From positions 384,001 through 448,000 of the forward strand of contig JAYFMW010000017.1 of the NCBI GenBank assembly GCA_042408215.1: DNA of 64,000 nt, read 5' to 3'. This document shows, one piece after another, positions 40,665 to 50,732 of this stretch (positions are counted from its first letter, which is position 1; each line of letters begins with the position of its first letter). A program made the position numbers and the translations under genes. Under the pieces are notes generated by a model. It did no database searches. It was not told the DNA's origin and saw only the letters and a program-made list of their open reading frames with translations. This DNA is from Microcoleus sp. (GTDB taxonomy: Bacteria; Cyanobacteriota; Cyanobacteriia; Cyanobacteriales; Microcoleaceae).

Positions 40665-40790
40665 TTACGTTTGATTAGGTTGATTTACTTACATAACAAG
40701 AAAGCGGGGAAACGGCAAAAGTGACGCAGCGAAAAAGCCCCGATTTCGACGCTTTTGTGCTCTCTTGTTCGCTTTTGCTCAACAACGCAT

Positions 40791-43700
40791 CTAAATTGAC
40801 AAGCTGATTTTAGAACCCTGGGCGGTTTTGTTAACTTCGATTCTGGCTTGAAAAGCTTCTTTCAGGTGCGGCATATGGGTGACGGTGAGAATGCAGGCGA
40901 AATCAGAGGCGATCGCATTAATTGCTGAAATCAGCCGCTCGCACCCGACCGCATCTTGAGTGCCGAATCCTTCATCAATAATCAACATTTGCAAAGCCGT
41001 ACCCGCACGCTGAGATAGCAGTCTCGCCAAGGCCAGCCGAATCGCAAAATTAATCCGAAAAGCTTCGCCACCAGAGTAAGTTTCATAGGGACGAGTGCCG
41101 CGGGCGTCGGCAATTAAAATGTCTAAAGTGTCAATCAATTTAGTTGCTTTTTTAGAAGCAGCCGCCCGCTGAGTGATAAATTGAACGTGCAATTGATTGG
41201 CGCTCAATCTCGATAATATCTGATTAGCTTCTGCTTCGAGTTGAGGCAAAACATTTTCAATCATTAAAGCTTGAATACCATTCTTACCAAAGGCTTGACC
41301 TAACTCTTGATAGACTCGCTGCTGGCGTTTAGCAACTTGCATTTGCTCCTTTTGAGCTACTAACTGAACTTGCAAAGCTTCCAGATTTTGCTGCTGCTGC
41401 TGGAGGCTTCCGAGACTTCCCAAATGTTGGTCTAGCTGTTGGCGACGGCGGCTGATTTGCTGTTCGATCGCACTTATGCTCGCCCTAGGATCGGGATGTT
41501 CTTGTAACTGCTTGCTGATGGCGGAAAGTTGAGCGCTGACAGCTTGCAAATCTCGATCGCGCACAGCGATCGAACTGGCGATGTCATTCACCCGCTGCTG
41601 TACTTGCGGGTACTGCTGAATTGCCGATCGCAGTTTTTCGGCCCTAGCGATCCAAAATTGCGTCCGGCGCATTTCGCTCCGCACCTGTTCGTGCTGCTCC
41701 AAATTGTAACCAACTTCCGCAATGTATCTATCTAAAGACAGAATTTGCTGCTGTATTTCTGAACTGTTTTTTTGCTGTTCTAACTGCTGCTGAAATGTGA
41801 CTAATTGAGTTTGCAATTCTGGACGGCTGGCGTTAATTTTATTGAGTTTCTGTTGAGCAGTTTTGATTTGAGCTTGCTGAATTTCCGCCCACCGCAACCG
41901 CTTTTCTTCGCTGCGGGCTAAAGCGTGACTGCGATCGCTATAATTGAGTTGTTGCAGTTGCACTTCGAGTTGCTGGAGTTGCGCGTACTCATCGGATGCG
42001 TAATCCCCGGTACGGAGCGATCGCTCTATTTCCGCAGCATCTTTTCGCATACTTTGCAAGCGGTTTTCATCTTTTCCGAGTGCATCCAATTGAGCCTGCA
42101 AATTGGCGCGCCGTTCCCGCAATTCTTCGTAGGGCGCTAATTCTTCTTCTAGTTTGCGAAATTCCTGTCTGAGGACTTGAATTTCGCGTTCGGAGACGGC
42201 CAACTGTTCGCGCACAACCCAGAGTTGGTTCCAAATTTCCTGCTGTTGGCTGTGATGTTTTTTGACTACCAAATTCCAGTAGTGTTCGTCTAAAGGTCGA
42301 TCGCACAAAGGACAATTGCCAAAATCAGCATCCTGCACAATTAAATGGGAATTAGATTGCTCATTTTCCGCCAAATTCGAGGCTTGACTTTCGCTGCTAA
42401 CTGCTTCCCCTAGACTTTTTTCTGCTTCATCCTTCCGTAACAGTTGCAGTTTTTGGTCTATTTCAGCGAGTCGAGTTTGATAGTCGCGGCTTTTGACTTG
42501 CAGGTTGGCCAGAAAGTTGTGTCTTTCTTGGCCTTTTTCGCGTACACGCTGTTGGTAAACCCGCTTGTTTTCCAACTGCAAAATTTGACTAGCAATTGCC
42601 GAGATTTCCTGCTGCAATTGCGGCTCTCGCTGTTGCTGCTGAACTTGTAACTGTCGGTTGATTTCGTCCAAGCGAGCGCTCAAACCGGCGTGGGCGCGAT
42701 CGAGCCGAGTTTGTGTCTGCTGCTGCTGTTGGAGTAGGGGCGAAACTTGGAGTTGCAGTTGTTCTAGTTGGTTGAGCTGCGATCGGGCTGCTTGCAATTG
42801 TACCAGTCCTTTTTCGACCTCCGGCTGCTGTTTGAGAACTTCTAGAACTTCTTTTTCTTGCTGTTCTAAGACATCTAATTGAGCTTGCAATTGCTGAATT
42901 TTGCCTTGCCAAAGGCTCAGTTCTTGCCGCTGCTGTTCTTGCAATTGCTGGCGCTGATTTTGGGCTTGTTGGTGAGCCTTGAATTTGCCAGCCAGAGTCT
43001 CTTCTGTGGCTTGCAAACTGTGGAAATAGGTAATTCCTTCTGTTATTTCATTTTCTTTTTCTAGGAGGGCTTGCAGTTCGTTTTGTTGCTGTTTAGCTAC
43101 GACGAGTTCTTGCTGCAAGCGGTGGCATTCCTGAGAGATGTTGGTGTGTTGCTGCTGGTAGCCGGCGAGGAGTTGTTGCCAAGTTTGGCGGTTGTGGTGT
43201 TGGAGTTGCAGTTGCTGCAAATGTTCTGTGTCGGCTTGCTGCTGCTGTTGGAGTCGATCGGTTGCTTGCTGCAATTCTACTTGTTCTGTGGCGATCGCAT
43301 CTTTTTGTTGCAGTTGCTCTTGGATAGCGTGCAAACTGTGTTTGATCGCTTCGACTTGAGCTTTAAATTGTTTGGATGTATCCTTAGCTTGTTCGGATAA
43401 ACTATCGTACTGGTCGAGTTTGAGCAGATTGGCTAAAACTTGTTTGCGTTCGATCGACTTTTTGAGCATAAACTCATCAGCTCGCCCTTGTCGCAGGTAC
43501 GCCGAGTTGATGAAAGTATCGTAATCGAGTTTAATGTGTTCGAGGATTTTTTGCTGAGTTGTTCTGAGGCCTTTGTCTGTCAGCGTGCGAAAATTAAGTC
43601 GATCGTCGATCGCATCAGAATTCAAACTGACCTGAAATTCCAAACTCCCCGATTGTCCGCGGCGGCGGTTGCGAATCACCCGGTAAATTTGGCCGCCAGT

Positions 43701-43925
43701 CGAGAAAGTGAAATCAACGCGGACATCAATTTCGCCCATGTGGATGATATCGTCTTCCGAATCGCTGCGACAACAGCCCCAAACTGCCCAGGCTATGGCT
43801 TCTAACAGCGAAGATTTGCCAGCACCGTTAGGCCCGCAAATGCAAGCGGTGTGCAAGCCGCGAAAGTCTAAAGCAGCTTCGCGATAGCTGAGAAAATTTT
43901 TGAGTGTAAGTTGTATAGGAATCAT
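40791..43925 (-). CDS. sbcC: Exonuclease SbcC (Rad50-like SMC ATPase)
   Basis: LKNFLSY, GPNGAGKSS, central zinc hook CPLC, YSGGE, LIIDEGFGTQD. Confidence 0.95.
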   Translation of the reverse strand: MIPIQLTLKNFLSYREAALDFRGLHTACICGPNGAGKSSLLEAIAWAVWGCCRSDSEDDIIHMGEIDVRVDFTFSTGGQIYRVIRNRRRGQSGSLEFQVSLNSDAIDDRLNFRTLTDKGLRTTQQKILEHIKLDYDTFINSAYLRQGRADEFMLKKSIERKQVLANLLKLDQYDSLSEQAKDTSKQFKAQVEAIKHSLHAIQEQLQQKDAIATEQVELQQATDRLQQQQQADTEHLQQLQLQHHNRQTWQQLLAGYQQQHTNISQECHRLQQELVVAKQQQNELQALLEKENEITEGITYFHSLQATEETLAGKFKAHQQAQNQRQQLQEQQRQELSLWQGKIQQLQAQLDVLEQQEKEVLEVLKQQPEVEKGLVQLQAARSQLNQLEQLQLQVSPLLQQQQQTQTRLDRAHAGLSARLDEINRQLQVQQQQREPQLQQEISAIASQILQLENKRVYQQRVREKGQERHNFLANLQVKSRDYQTRLAEIDQKLQLLRKDEAEKSLGEAVSSESQASNLAENEQSNSHLIVQDADFGNCPLCDRPLDEHYWNLVVKKHHSQQQEIWNQLWVVREQLAVSEREIQVLRQEFRKLEEELAPYEELRERRANLQAQLDALGKDENRLQSMRKDAAEIERSLRTGDYASDEYAQLQQLEVQLQQLNYSDRSHALARSEEKRLRWAEIQQAQIKTAQQKLNKINASRPELQTQLVTFQQQLEQQKNSSEIQQQILSLDRYIAEVGYNLEQHEQVRSEMRRTQFWIARAEKLRSAIQQYPQVQQRVNDIASSIAVRDRDLQAVSAQLSAISKQLQEHPDPRASISAIEQQISRRRQQLDQHLGSLGSLQQQQQNLEALQVQLVAQKEQMQVAKRQQRVYQELGQAFGKNGIQALMIENVLPQLEAEANQILSRLSANQLHVQFITQRAAASKKATKLIDTLDILIADARGTRPYETYSGGEAFRINFAIRLALARLLSQRAGTALQMLIIDEGFGTQDAVGCERLISAINAIASDFACILTVTHMPHLKEAFQARIEVNKTAQGSKISLSI

Positions 43926-43993
43926 TTAAGGCATCGCGCCATAGAATCTATCTCTTTATAAATAACACTATTTGTGCGCTGTTGCCTAGTTAT

Positions 43994-44330
43994 TCAATCC
44001 AGATCCATAACAATTAGTGCTTCTGAAAGATCTTCCATAATTGTATCGGACAGAACTCCGATCTGTCGGACGAACCTTTGTTGCGAGACAGAACGAACTT
44101 GAAAAGTGTCGGCGGCGGAGAGTTTAGCCAAGCCATTTTCGCCACTGGGTTCTAGTCGAACCATCCAATTTCTCTGGGTGTATCGCTGTTTCCAGTCCGT
44201 GATGGGAACAATAACTTCAAGTAGCAAAATTCCAACCGTTTCATCACTGACAATTACTGCTGGACGGGTTTTGCCGATTTCTGCGCCCACAGTAGGTTCA
44301 AGCGCAACCAGCCAGATTTCACCTACGCAT
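43994..44330 (-). pseudogene. PemK/MazF family toxin with a 2-nt deletion at codons 3-4
   Basis: ATG CGT AGG TGA from 44330; the shifted frame reads GEIWLVALEPTVGAEIGKTRPAVIVS...QVRSVS..RF. Confidence 0.8.
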
Positions 44331-44598
44331 TAGTTTTTATCCCTGCGTTAAGGTATTCTTCCTCAGATTCAAAATAGGGATCGTTGTCAGGCGACCACAG
44401 GTCGTACAGCACACCTCCCGGCATATAATCATTAACGGCGGCTTCTGCTGCGGATCTGAGTTTCTGCTTTCTCTCAGCTTTGCGCTGAACCTTCTCTTCT
44501 ATTTCTTCCCGCATCATCCGCGAAGCTGTTTCGATGATTTCCAGGCGTTCTTCTGCTGTCAGATTTTTGAGTGCTGCTAAGATTTCGGTTTTGGTCAT
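44323..44598 (-). CDS. Putative antitoxin partner of the PemK/MazF toxin
   Basis: 91 aa, acidic C-terminus; its last codons overlap the toxin ATG. Confidence 0.7.
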   Translation of the reverse strand: MTKTEILAALKNLTAEERLEIIETASRMMREEIEEKVQRKAERKQKLRSAAEAAVNDYMPGGVLYDLWSPDNDPYFESEEEYLNAGIKTNA

Positions 44599-44663
44599 GG
44601 TTTTTTTGGGTTGGTTGGTCAAAAAGTGCGATCGAACCCAATCATCATTATATCTATTACAAA

Positions 44664-44827
44664 ACAGTCCTGGACGCAGCTATTGTGTCTGTGATTAGTC
44701 CCATCTGTGATTAGTCGCATCTGTCATTCGGAAACGTAGCGAATAATCTCGGAGATTCTTCGCTACGTTTCCGAATGACATAATTACTCGGAATGACATA
44801 ATTACCTTGAAATGCGTCCAGGAATGT
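44664..44827. mobile_element. MITE with 15-bp TIRs and an internal 22-bp perfect hairpin
   Basis: ACAGTCCTGGACGCA / TGCGTCCAGGAATGT; TGTCATTCGGAAACGTAGCGAA (44722-44743) pairs with 44759-44780. Confidence 0.75.
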
Positions 44828-44914
44828 AAGTTCTCAATCAAAAAAAAGGTTGACCGTATTCCTACAGCCAACCCCACAGAATTTACTTGCAGTGCAGTTT
44901 TTCAAACAGCAAAA

Positions 44915-46042
44915 CTATCTAACAATATTCGGGAACGTATAGCCAACACCGATTAACAATCCCGCTTCAGCACCGTCGAGAAAACCAATATTCACGCCAG
45001 CCGTTGCTGTAAAATTCTTCGACAGCGGCACATCTACACCGCCGGAAATTAGGAAGCCTAAACTACTGTTGTCGCCTGTAGAAAATGCCACGCCAGCACC
45101 TGCATAAGGAGCCGCAGTAATCACAAAATCATCGCTGACTTCCACTGCATCTTGAGATACAAAATCGTAGGTAACGGGAACCAGAAAAGTTAAGTTGTCG
45201 CGAAACAAAACAGTTGGTCTCACGGAGATATTGCTCGTCAAACCAATTTTGCTAAGAATCGCAAATGAACTGTCGCCCAAGGCGGAATTTCCGCCAAAAC
45301 CGAGGTTGCCGCCAATCCCGACGTAGCTGGGGCCAGAACGGGTAGCTCTTCCGGGTCTGACCTCAACTTGTGCTACTTTTCGATCGGGTGTTTCAGAGGC
45401 GGTTTCCGATTTTTCAGCAACTTGCGGCTGGTTTGTCAGGGCCGATGCTGAAGTGCTGACAGGAGTTTTTAATACTTCCTCTGCTGTTTTGACCTCTTTT
45501 TCATCCTGGGCTGCTGTCAATTCGGAATTTTCGCTGTTCACGATTGAGGTAGGTCGATCGACATTTTTGGCAGTCTCAGCAGATGGCTGAACATTGACGC
45601 TATTATCAGCAATCGTAGCTGTTGCTTCGGAGTTTTTCATGTCAGCAGCAAAGGATGTATTTTCCTGATTTTGCATCTGGGCAATTTCAGATTTTACTGC
45701 TTCGGAATTTTCCTGTGCCGCAGCAGATGCTGGCAAGTTTGCAGTCGGTTGCGAGGCTGCTGCAATAGCTGGTTCTGACTCAGATTTGACTCCGGCATTT
45801 AGTTCGATCGAACTGATAGAATCAATTTTTTTATTAGTAGCAGTTGTTTCGAGATCGGCGGTCACTCCTGAAGTTACCACCGACTCAGACAATTGGTCAA
45901 TATTTTGAGCGGTAAAAGTTGCAGTTGTATCCGCAGCGGGAAAGTTGCCAGTTTCAGCTTTAGCTGAGAGGCCAGTGCAACAAACAGCTAGAGCTGCAAG
46001 ATTTATTAACGCACAAGCCGACTTGGAAAATAGGCTATTCAT
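44915..46042 (-). CDS. Exported protein with a low-complexity Ala/Ser/Thr/Glu region and a C-terminal outer-membrane beta-barrel-like domain
   Basis: Signal-peptide-like N-terminus; PSYVGIGGNLG...PYAGAGVAF...GVDVPL...GVGYTF. Confidence 0.75.
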   Translation of the reverse strand: MNSLFSKSACALINLAALAVCCTGLSAKAETGNFPAADTTATFTAQNIDQLSESVVTSGVTADLETTATNKKIDSISSIELNAGVKSESEPAIAAASQPTANLPASAAAQENSEAVKSEIAQMQNQENTSFAADMKNSEATATIADNSVNVQPSAETAKNVDRPTSIVNSENSELTAAQDEKEVKTAEEVLKTPVSTSASALTNQPQVAEKSETASETPDRKVAQVEVRPGRATRSGPSYVGIGGNLGFGGNSALGDSSFAILSKIGLTSNISVRPTVLFRDNLTFLVPVTYDFVSQDAVEVSDDFVITAAPYAGAGVAFSTGDNSSLGFLISGGVDVPLSKNFTATAGVNIGFLDGAEAGLLIGVGYTFPNIVR

Positions 46043-46075
46043 AAACACTCCTCAATCATCTAGTGTGTTAAAAGT

Positions 46076-46400
46076 TTGACATACTCCCGCCACTAATACC
46101 AATTTAATGGGTCGTTGCATATATCTCGATCCCCCTAAATCCCCCTTAATAAGGGAGTAGGGTGTGAGTAGGGGTTGACGAAAGAGCAGAATCTTGTTCC
46201 CCCCTTATTAAGGGGGGTTAGGGGGGATCAGATTCTACGGGGCCTCATAAAAAACTGGTATAAAGGGCGAAGCAATTAGCTGGGGATTCCCAACCTCCGT
46301 CACATTTGGTCGGTTCTAATGACACAAATATGAGTTGTCTTGTTCCTAGATTGGCACTCAACGGTTTAAGAGTCAACTCTCAAGGCGATTGCTTGAAGAA
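46076..46400 (-). mobile_element. IS200/IS605 TnpB-type right-end remnant interrupted by a MITE
   Basis: Minus strand with the MITE removed reads GAATCCCCAGCTAATTGCTTCGCCCTTTAGTGGCGGGAGTATGTCAA; the far boundary is uncertain. Confidence 0.6.
46097..46260. mobile_element. MITE, TACCA...TGGTA ends, TAA target duplication
   Basis: TAA on both sides; near-identical inverted copy at 56801-56943. Confidence 0.85.
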
Positions 46401-47004
46401 CCATCAGCTTATTTAGGGCTGAATTTAAATTTACCGTTCCACGGGCTAAAAATCAATCTTAGGGAGGATTTGATCCAGATGCTGTTGAATTTAGAGTCGG
46501 GCGCGGGGAGATGGGGAGAGCGGGCCCAGGGAGAGCGGGCCCAGGGAAATAGGGAGAATTTATTCACCGAAAGCAATCGCAGGCTGACGGGAGTAATTCT
46601 CAAATCTCAAATCTCAAATCGGCTGACGCAGCAGCCCTAACAAAATTTGAACTAACTAGCGACGCTGCTGCGCTGTCGCCGACAAGTAAGGTAAAATAGG
46701 ACTGATCCGATCGAGGGTGGCGATTCGATCGGGTCAAAATTAGTAAATTTGATTAAAATCGTGTAAAATTTGCTATCCTCTCAGTAAATTTGACCGATCG
46801 CTCTGGTTAAGCCTCCGATCGTCTCACAAAACAAAAGCAAAAAACTCAAGAAGTCATGCTCTCGTCAGAAAGCACTTATGTCTTCGTCATAATTTTCCCC
46901 ATCCATAAATTGAGGTTTTTTTCGCTCCCTCCGATACAGGAGACGCTTGTACCCTTGATTTCCTAGTTAACAAAATAGAAAGCAAATCATTGTAAACTTA
47001 CTGT

Positions 47005-47544
47005 ATGAGCAAAGTTCTAGTTATATTAGGTGAATTGAGCGATCGCGATATAGATTGGATGCTCGCCAACGGTAAGCGCACCAAAGTCCAAGCCGGCACA
47101 ATACTAATCACCGAAGGCCAGCCCTTAGACGCCCTGTACATTCTTCTGGATGGAACTTTAAGCGTTTCTGTATCATCTTTAGGCGACAAAGAAATTGGCA
47201 AAATTATTTGTGGGGAAGTGTTGGGGGAAATGTCTTTTGTAGACGGGAGGCTTCCTTCTGCTACCGTCACCGCCATAGAAGAGTGCCTGATCCTGTCAAT
47301 TCCGAGGCCACTGCTAACAGAAAAACTGGAGCAAGACGTGCTTTTTTCCCTACGGTTTTATCGGGCGATCACCAAATTTCTGTCCTATAGACTGCGAGGT
47401 ACTGTCAAGCGCTTTGGCGAAAAGGGTGATTATTTAATATATGAAGACCCCGATGACGAGGGTCCCACCCAGCAAAATGTTGATGCTCCAGACTTGGCTG
47501 AATCTAGATTTCAATGGCTATTGCAGCGTTTGAAGGGTTCTTGA
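47005..47544 (+). CDS. Cyclic-nucleotide-binding domain protein
   Basis: LITEG...LYILLDG...GEVLGEMSFVDGRLPSATVTA. Confidence 0.88.
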   Translation: MSKVLVILGELSDRDIDWMLANGKRTKVQAGTILITEGQPLDALYILLDGTLSVSVSSLGDKEIGKIICGEVLGEMSFVDGRLPSATVTAIEECLILSIPRPLLTEKLEQDVLFSLRFYRAITKFLSYRLRGTVKRFGEKGDYLIYEDPDDEGPTQQNVDAPDLAESRFQWLLQRLKGS

Positions 47545-47545
47545 A

Positions 47546-47800
47546 AGAAGGAAGAAGGAAGAAGGAAGAAGGAAGAAGGAAGAAGGAAGAAGGAAGAAGG
47601 AAGAAGGAAGAATTAAAAATTACGAATTACGAATTATTCAATCGTAATTAGGAATTAGGAATTCGTAATTCCCTACTCGTAATTAGGAATTCGTAATTCG
47701 TAATTCGTAATTCCCTACTCGTAGCCCCAGGCCCCATCCGCCATGCCCAATGCCCAATGCCCAATGCCCAATTCCCAATGCCCAATGCCCAATTCCCAAT
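47546..47800. repeat. STRR arrays (AAGAAGG)n, (AATTACG/ATTCGTA)n and (ATGCCCA)n
   Basis: Tandem heptamers between convergent genes. Confidence 0.9.
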
Positions 47801-48213
47801 TAAAAAACATATTTTTCAGCGACGCGCCAGTAGCGAGAAAAACGCTTCAAATCTATGTAGCCATCATAGCGCACAAACGGTTCTAGGGGCAAAACTTCCA
47901 CAGGGAGCGATCGCTTAATTTCCCGACAAATATCCTGAAATCTCGGACTAGGACTTTCTGCTGTCACCACTTTATTAGCACCGCATTCTTTAGCAAAAGC
48001 AAGAACTTCCGTAGCCACATCACCGCGCCGAATAACTACCGGCAACTCCAGCAAACATTCGTAAATAAACACCATGCGTTTGAGACTCAACTGCCATTCA
48101 TCTATGAGCGCCTCGTCCCAAACCCAGATAGCCTGAGCTTCTGGGTGTGCTTGGAAAGCAGGGCCTTCAGGACTCAGACAGTCGCCATGTAGCCAAATAA
48201 TCTGATTTTGCAT
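47800..48213 (-). CDS. Photolyase N-terminal (Rossmann-like) domain protein, stand-alone
   Basis: [37 protein letters not shown]. Confidence 0.7.
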   Translation of the reverse strand: MQNQIIWLHGDCLSPEGPAFQAHPEAQAIWVWDEALIDEWQLSLKRMVFIYECLLELPVVIRRGDVATEVLAFAKECGANKVVTAESPSPRFQDICREIKRSLPVEVLPLEPFVRYDGYIDLKRFSRYWRVAEKYVF

Positions 48214-48214
48214 A

Positions 48215-48400
48215 ATTGGTCATTGGTCATTGGTCATTGGTCATTGGTCATTGGTCATTGGTCATTGGTCATTGGTCATTGGTCATTGGTCATTGGTCAT
48301 TCGTAATTCCCAATTAGTAAAAAGGGAATTTCAAAAAAGGTAACAGCCAACAGTCAACAGACAACAGACAACAGACAAATCAAAAATCAAAAATCAAAAA
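48215..48400. repeat. STRR array (TTGGTCA) x ~12 and (AACAGAC)n
   Basis: Tandem heptamers between the two photolyase-like genes. Confidence 0.9.
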
Positions 48401-48421
48401 TAACTAATCACCCATAATTTT

Positions 48422-49282
48422 TTAATTACTGCGGCCTTTTTGAGGACGATCCCAACTCTTAGAACCGCCACTCCGATCGACCTTTTCTCCATTAGGAAAC
48501 AACTGAGCCTCCAAGTATTCGTAACTCCCCTCAAAATCGCATTGGCCATACAGAGGACAATCTCGACAATAAACCGCCTTGCTGTAACGCTCCAAATTCT
48601 CCCGATTAAAAAAATAAGCCTTGTGACTAAAAGTGCTAGCCACCCACTGCCAAGAAAGATTATTACTGGCCGGATCGCCGTCTAGCAAATGTTCCAAAAA
48701 CCAGCGAGCCCCCGCTTGCCACTTCACCCTGCGCCAGTGTACAAGATAAGCGGCCATCCACATCCGCTGGTGATTGTGTAAATAACCAGTTTCCTGCAAC
48801 TCGCGGCTGAAACTGTCGATACAAACCAAACCAGTTATACCCTTGATGATCTCCTCTGGCAGAGTTTCGCTGTAATCTTTAGCAGTGTAACCAGTTTTGT
48901 AGGGTTCCCGGTCTTGCCAAATCCCCTTTCCCAACTCGGCGTATAGCCGCTGCCAATAATCGCGCCACCCCAACTCATCGATCAGTTTCACAGCATCTTC
49001 TGGATGCCGTACCTTTAAGAGCAGGGCATCCCGCACCTCTGCAAGGCTCAAAACGCCGTAGCGCAAATATGGTGACAAGCGCGTTACTGCGCCGTTGAGG
49101 AAATTGCGGGTTGACGCATACTTGCCGACCTCTACTTGTTGCAGTGCTTTGAGCGCAGCTTTGCGCCCGCCTAGGGTTGCGGTTACGTGACTTGCCCGGC
49201 CATCGGCTTGGGGGAAGTGTTCGCGCAGGTAGGCAATTAATTCTTCGCGGCTGGAAAAGTCCCGTTTCATGTCTTGACTCAT
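48422..49282 (-). CDS. DNA photolyase FAD-binding domain protein
   Basis: VTRLSPYLRYG, ELGWRDYW, TGYLHNHQRMW.A, LLDGDPASNNLSWQWVAS. Confidence 0.9.
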   Translation of the reverse strand: MSQDMKRDFSSREELIAYLREHFPQADGRASHVTATLGGRKAALKALQQVEVGKYASTRNFLNGAVTRLSPYLRYGVLSLAEVRDALLLKVRHPEDAVKLIDELGWRDYWQRLYAELGKGIWQDREPYKTGYTAKDYSETLPEEIIKGITGLVCIDSFSRELQETGYLHNHQRMWMAAYLVHWRRVKWQAGARWFLEHLLDGDPASNNLSWQWVASTFSHKAYFFNRENLERYSKAVYCRDCPLYGQCDFEGSYEYLEAQLFPNGEKVDRSGGSKSWDRPQKGRSN

Positions 49283-49493
49283 GGTTTTTAGGTGTTATTT
49301 TTTCAGTGCCTGCTATTTTTTTGAAGATTAAAAATATTTGCTTTGGGTGCGATCGAGCCTCGCGCACAAAATTCCTGTTTGATACTCGTACTGTACAATT
49401 TGCTGTCAGCAGCAATTCTTCGGTGGACTTGCAGGCAAAATTAACATCAAACTTATACCATACACTCAGGATTAAATATCATAGCAAAATCTC

Positions 49494-50669
49494 ATGGAAA
49501 CTTTTCAGGCGGACAAAGAAGCGATCGTCACAGAAGCTAAGGAGCAACACCAAGACATCAAAAAACTCGAAAATAGCCAAATTCAAGAGATCGATCGAGC
49601 AATGATGCGCCGCTGCATAGAATTAGCTCGTCGCGCCCTAGGCAAAACAGCTCCCAATCCCCTAGTAGGTTCCGTAGTCGTGCGAGATAGCAAGATTGTC
49701 GGCGAAGGGTTTCATCCCGGCGCCGGTCAACCTCACGCCGAAGTTTTTGCACTCCGAGAAGCGGGGGAACTCGCCGAGGGCGCAACTGTCTACGTGAGCT
49801 TAGAACCCTGCAACCACTACGGGCGGACTCCTCCCTGTACCGAAGCTTTAATCGCGGCCAAGGTGGCAAAAGTAGTGGCTGGGATGGTAGATCCGAATCC
49901 CTTGGTGGCTGGGAGCGGGCTGGCTCGATTGCGGGCAGCTGGCATTGAAGTTGTGGCGGGGGTGGAAGGGGAAGCTTGTCAAAAACTGAACGAGGCTTTT
50001 GTCCACCGGATTTTGTACCATCGGCCTTTAGGAATTTTGAAATATGCGATGACTTTAGACGGTAAAATTGCTACCAGTGCAGGTCATAGCACTTGGGTAA
50101 CAGGCGAGGAGGCTCGGAGCGAAGTACACAAGGTGCGCGTCGGCTGCGATGCTGTGATTGTTGGCGGAAATACGGTGCGTCTGGATAATCCCCAACTGAC
50201 GAGCCACCAGCCAGATAGGAACAATCCTCTGCGAGTGGTGATGAGCCGCACTCTGGATTTGCCGAAGTCGGCTTGGTTGTGGGAAACCTCTGTGGCGCGC
50301 ACTTTGGTGCTGACTGAGCCGGGGGTTAATCGCGAATTTCAGGAATTTTTGATCGCAAAAGGGGTGGAAGTTGTCGAGCTCTCGCCGTTGACGCCGGCTA
50401 AGGTTATGGCTTATTTGTACGATCGATCTTTTATGTCAGTGCTATGGGAGTGTGGCGGCACTTTGGCAGCAAAAGCAATTGCAGAAGGTGCTGTGCAAAA
50501 AATTATGGCTTTTATTGCTCCTAAAATTATCGGGGGTGCGGCGGCTCCAACTCCCGTCGGGGATTTGGGGTTTGCAGCAATGACTGAGGCTCTAACTTTA
50601 GAGCGAGTTTCTTGGCGCACGATTGGTGCAGATTGTTTGGTGGAAGGCTATTTGAAAATTAAAGATTGA
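49494..50669 (+). CDS. ribD: Riboflavin biosynthesis deaminase/reductase RibD
   Basis: PNPLVG, HAE, LEPCNHYGRTPPC, KYAMTLDGKIA, ECGG. Confidence 0.96.
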   Translation: METFQADKEAIVTEAKEQHQDIKKLENSQIQEIDRAMMRRCIELARRALGKTAPNPLVGSVVVRDSKIVGEGFHPGAGQPHAEVFALREAGELAEGATVYVSLEPCNHYGRTPPCTEALIAAKVAKVVAGMVDPNPLVAGSGLARLRAAGIEVVAGVEGEACQKLNEAFVHRILYHRPLGILKYAMTLDGKIATSAGHSTWVTGEEARSEVHKVRVGCDAVIVGGNTVRLDNPQLTSHQPDRNNPLRVVMSRTLDLPKSAWLWETSVARTLVLTEPGVNREFQEFLIAKGVEVVELSPLTPAKVMAYLYDRSFMSVLWECGGTLAAKAIAEGAVQKIMAFIAPKIIGGAAAPTPVGDLGFAAMTEALTLERVSWRTIGADCLVEGYLKIKD

Positions 50670-50732
50670 GAGTTAAAAATTAACAGTCAATGTCTCTGTT
50701 TAGTTTTTAATTTTTCAGTTTGAATTCCTTGT

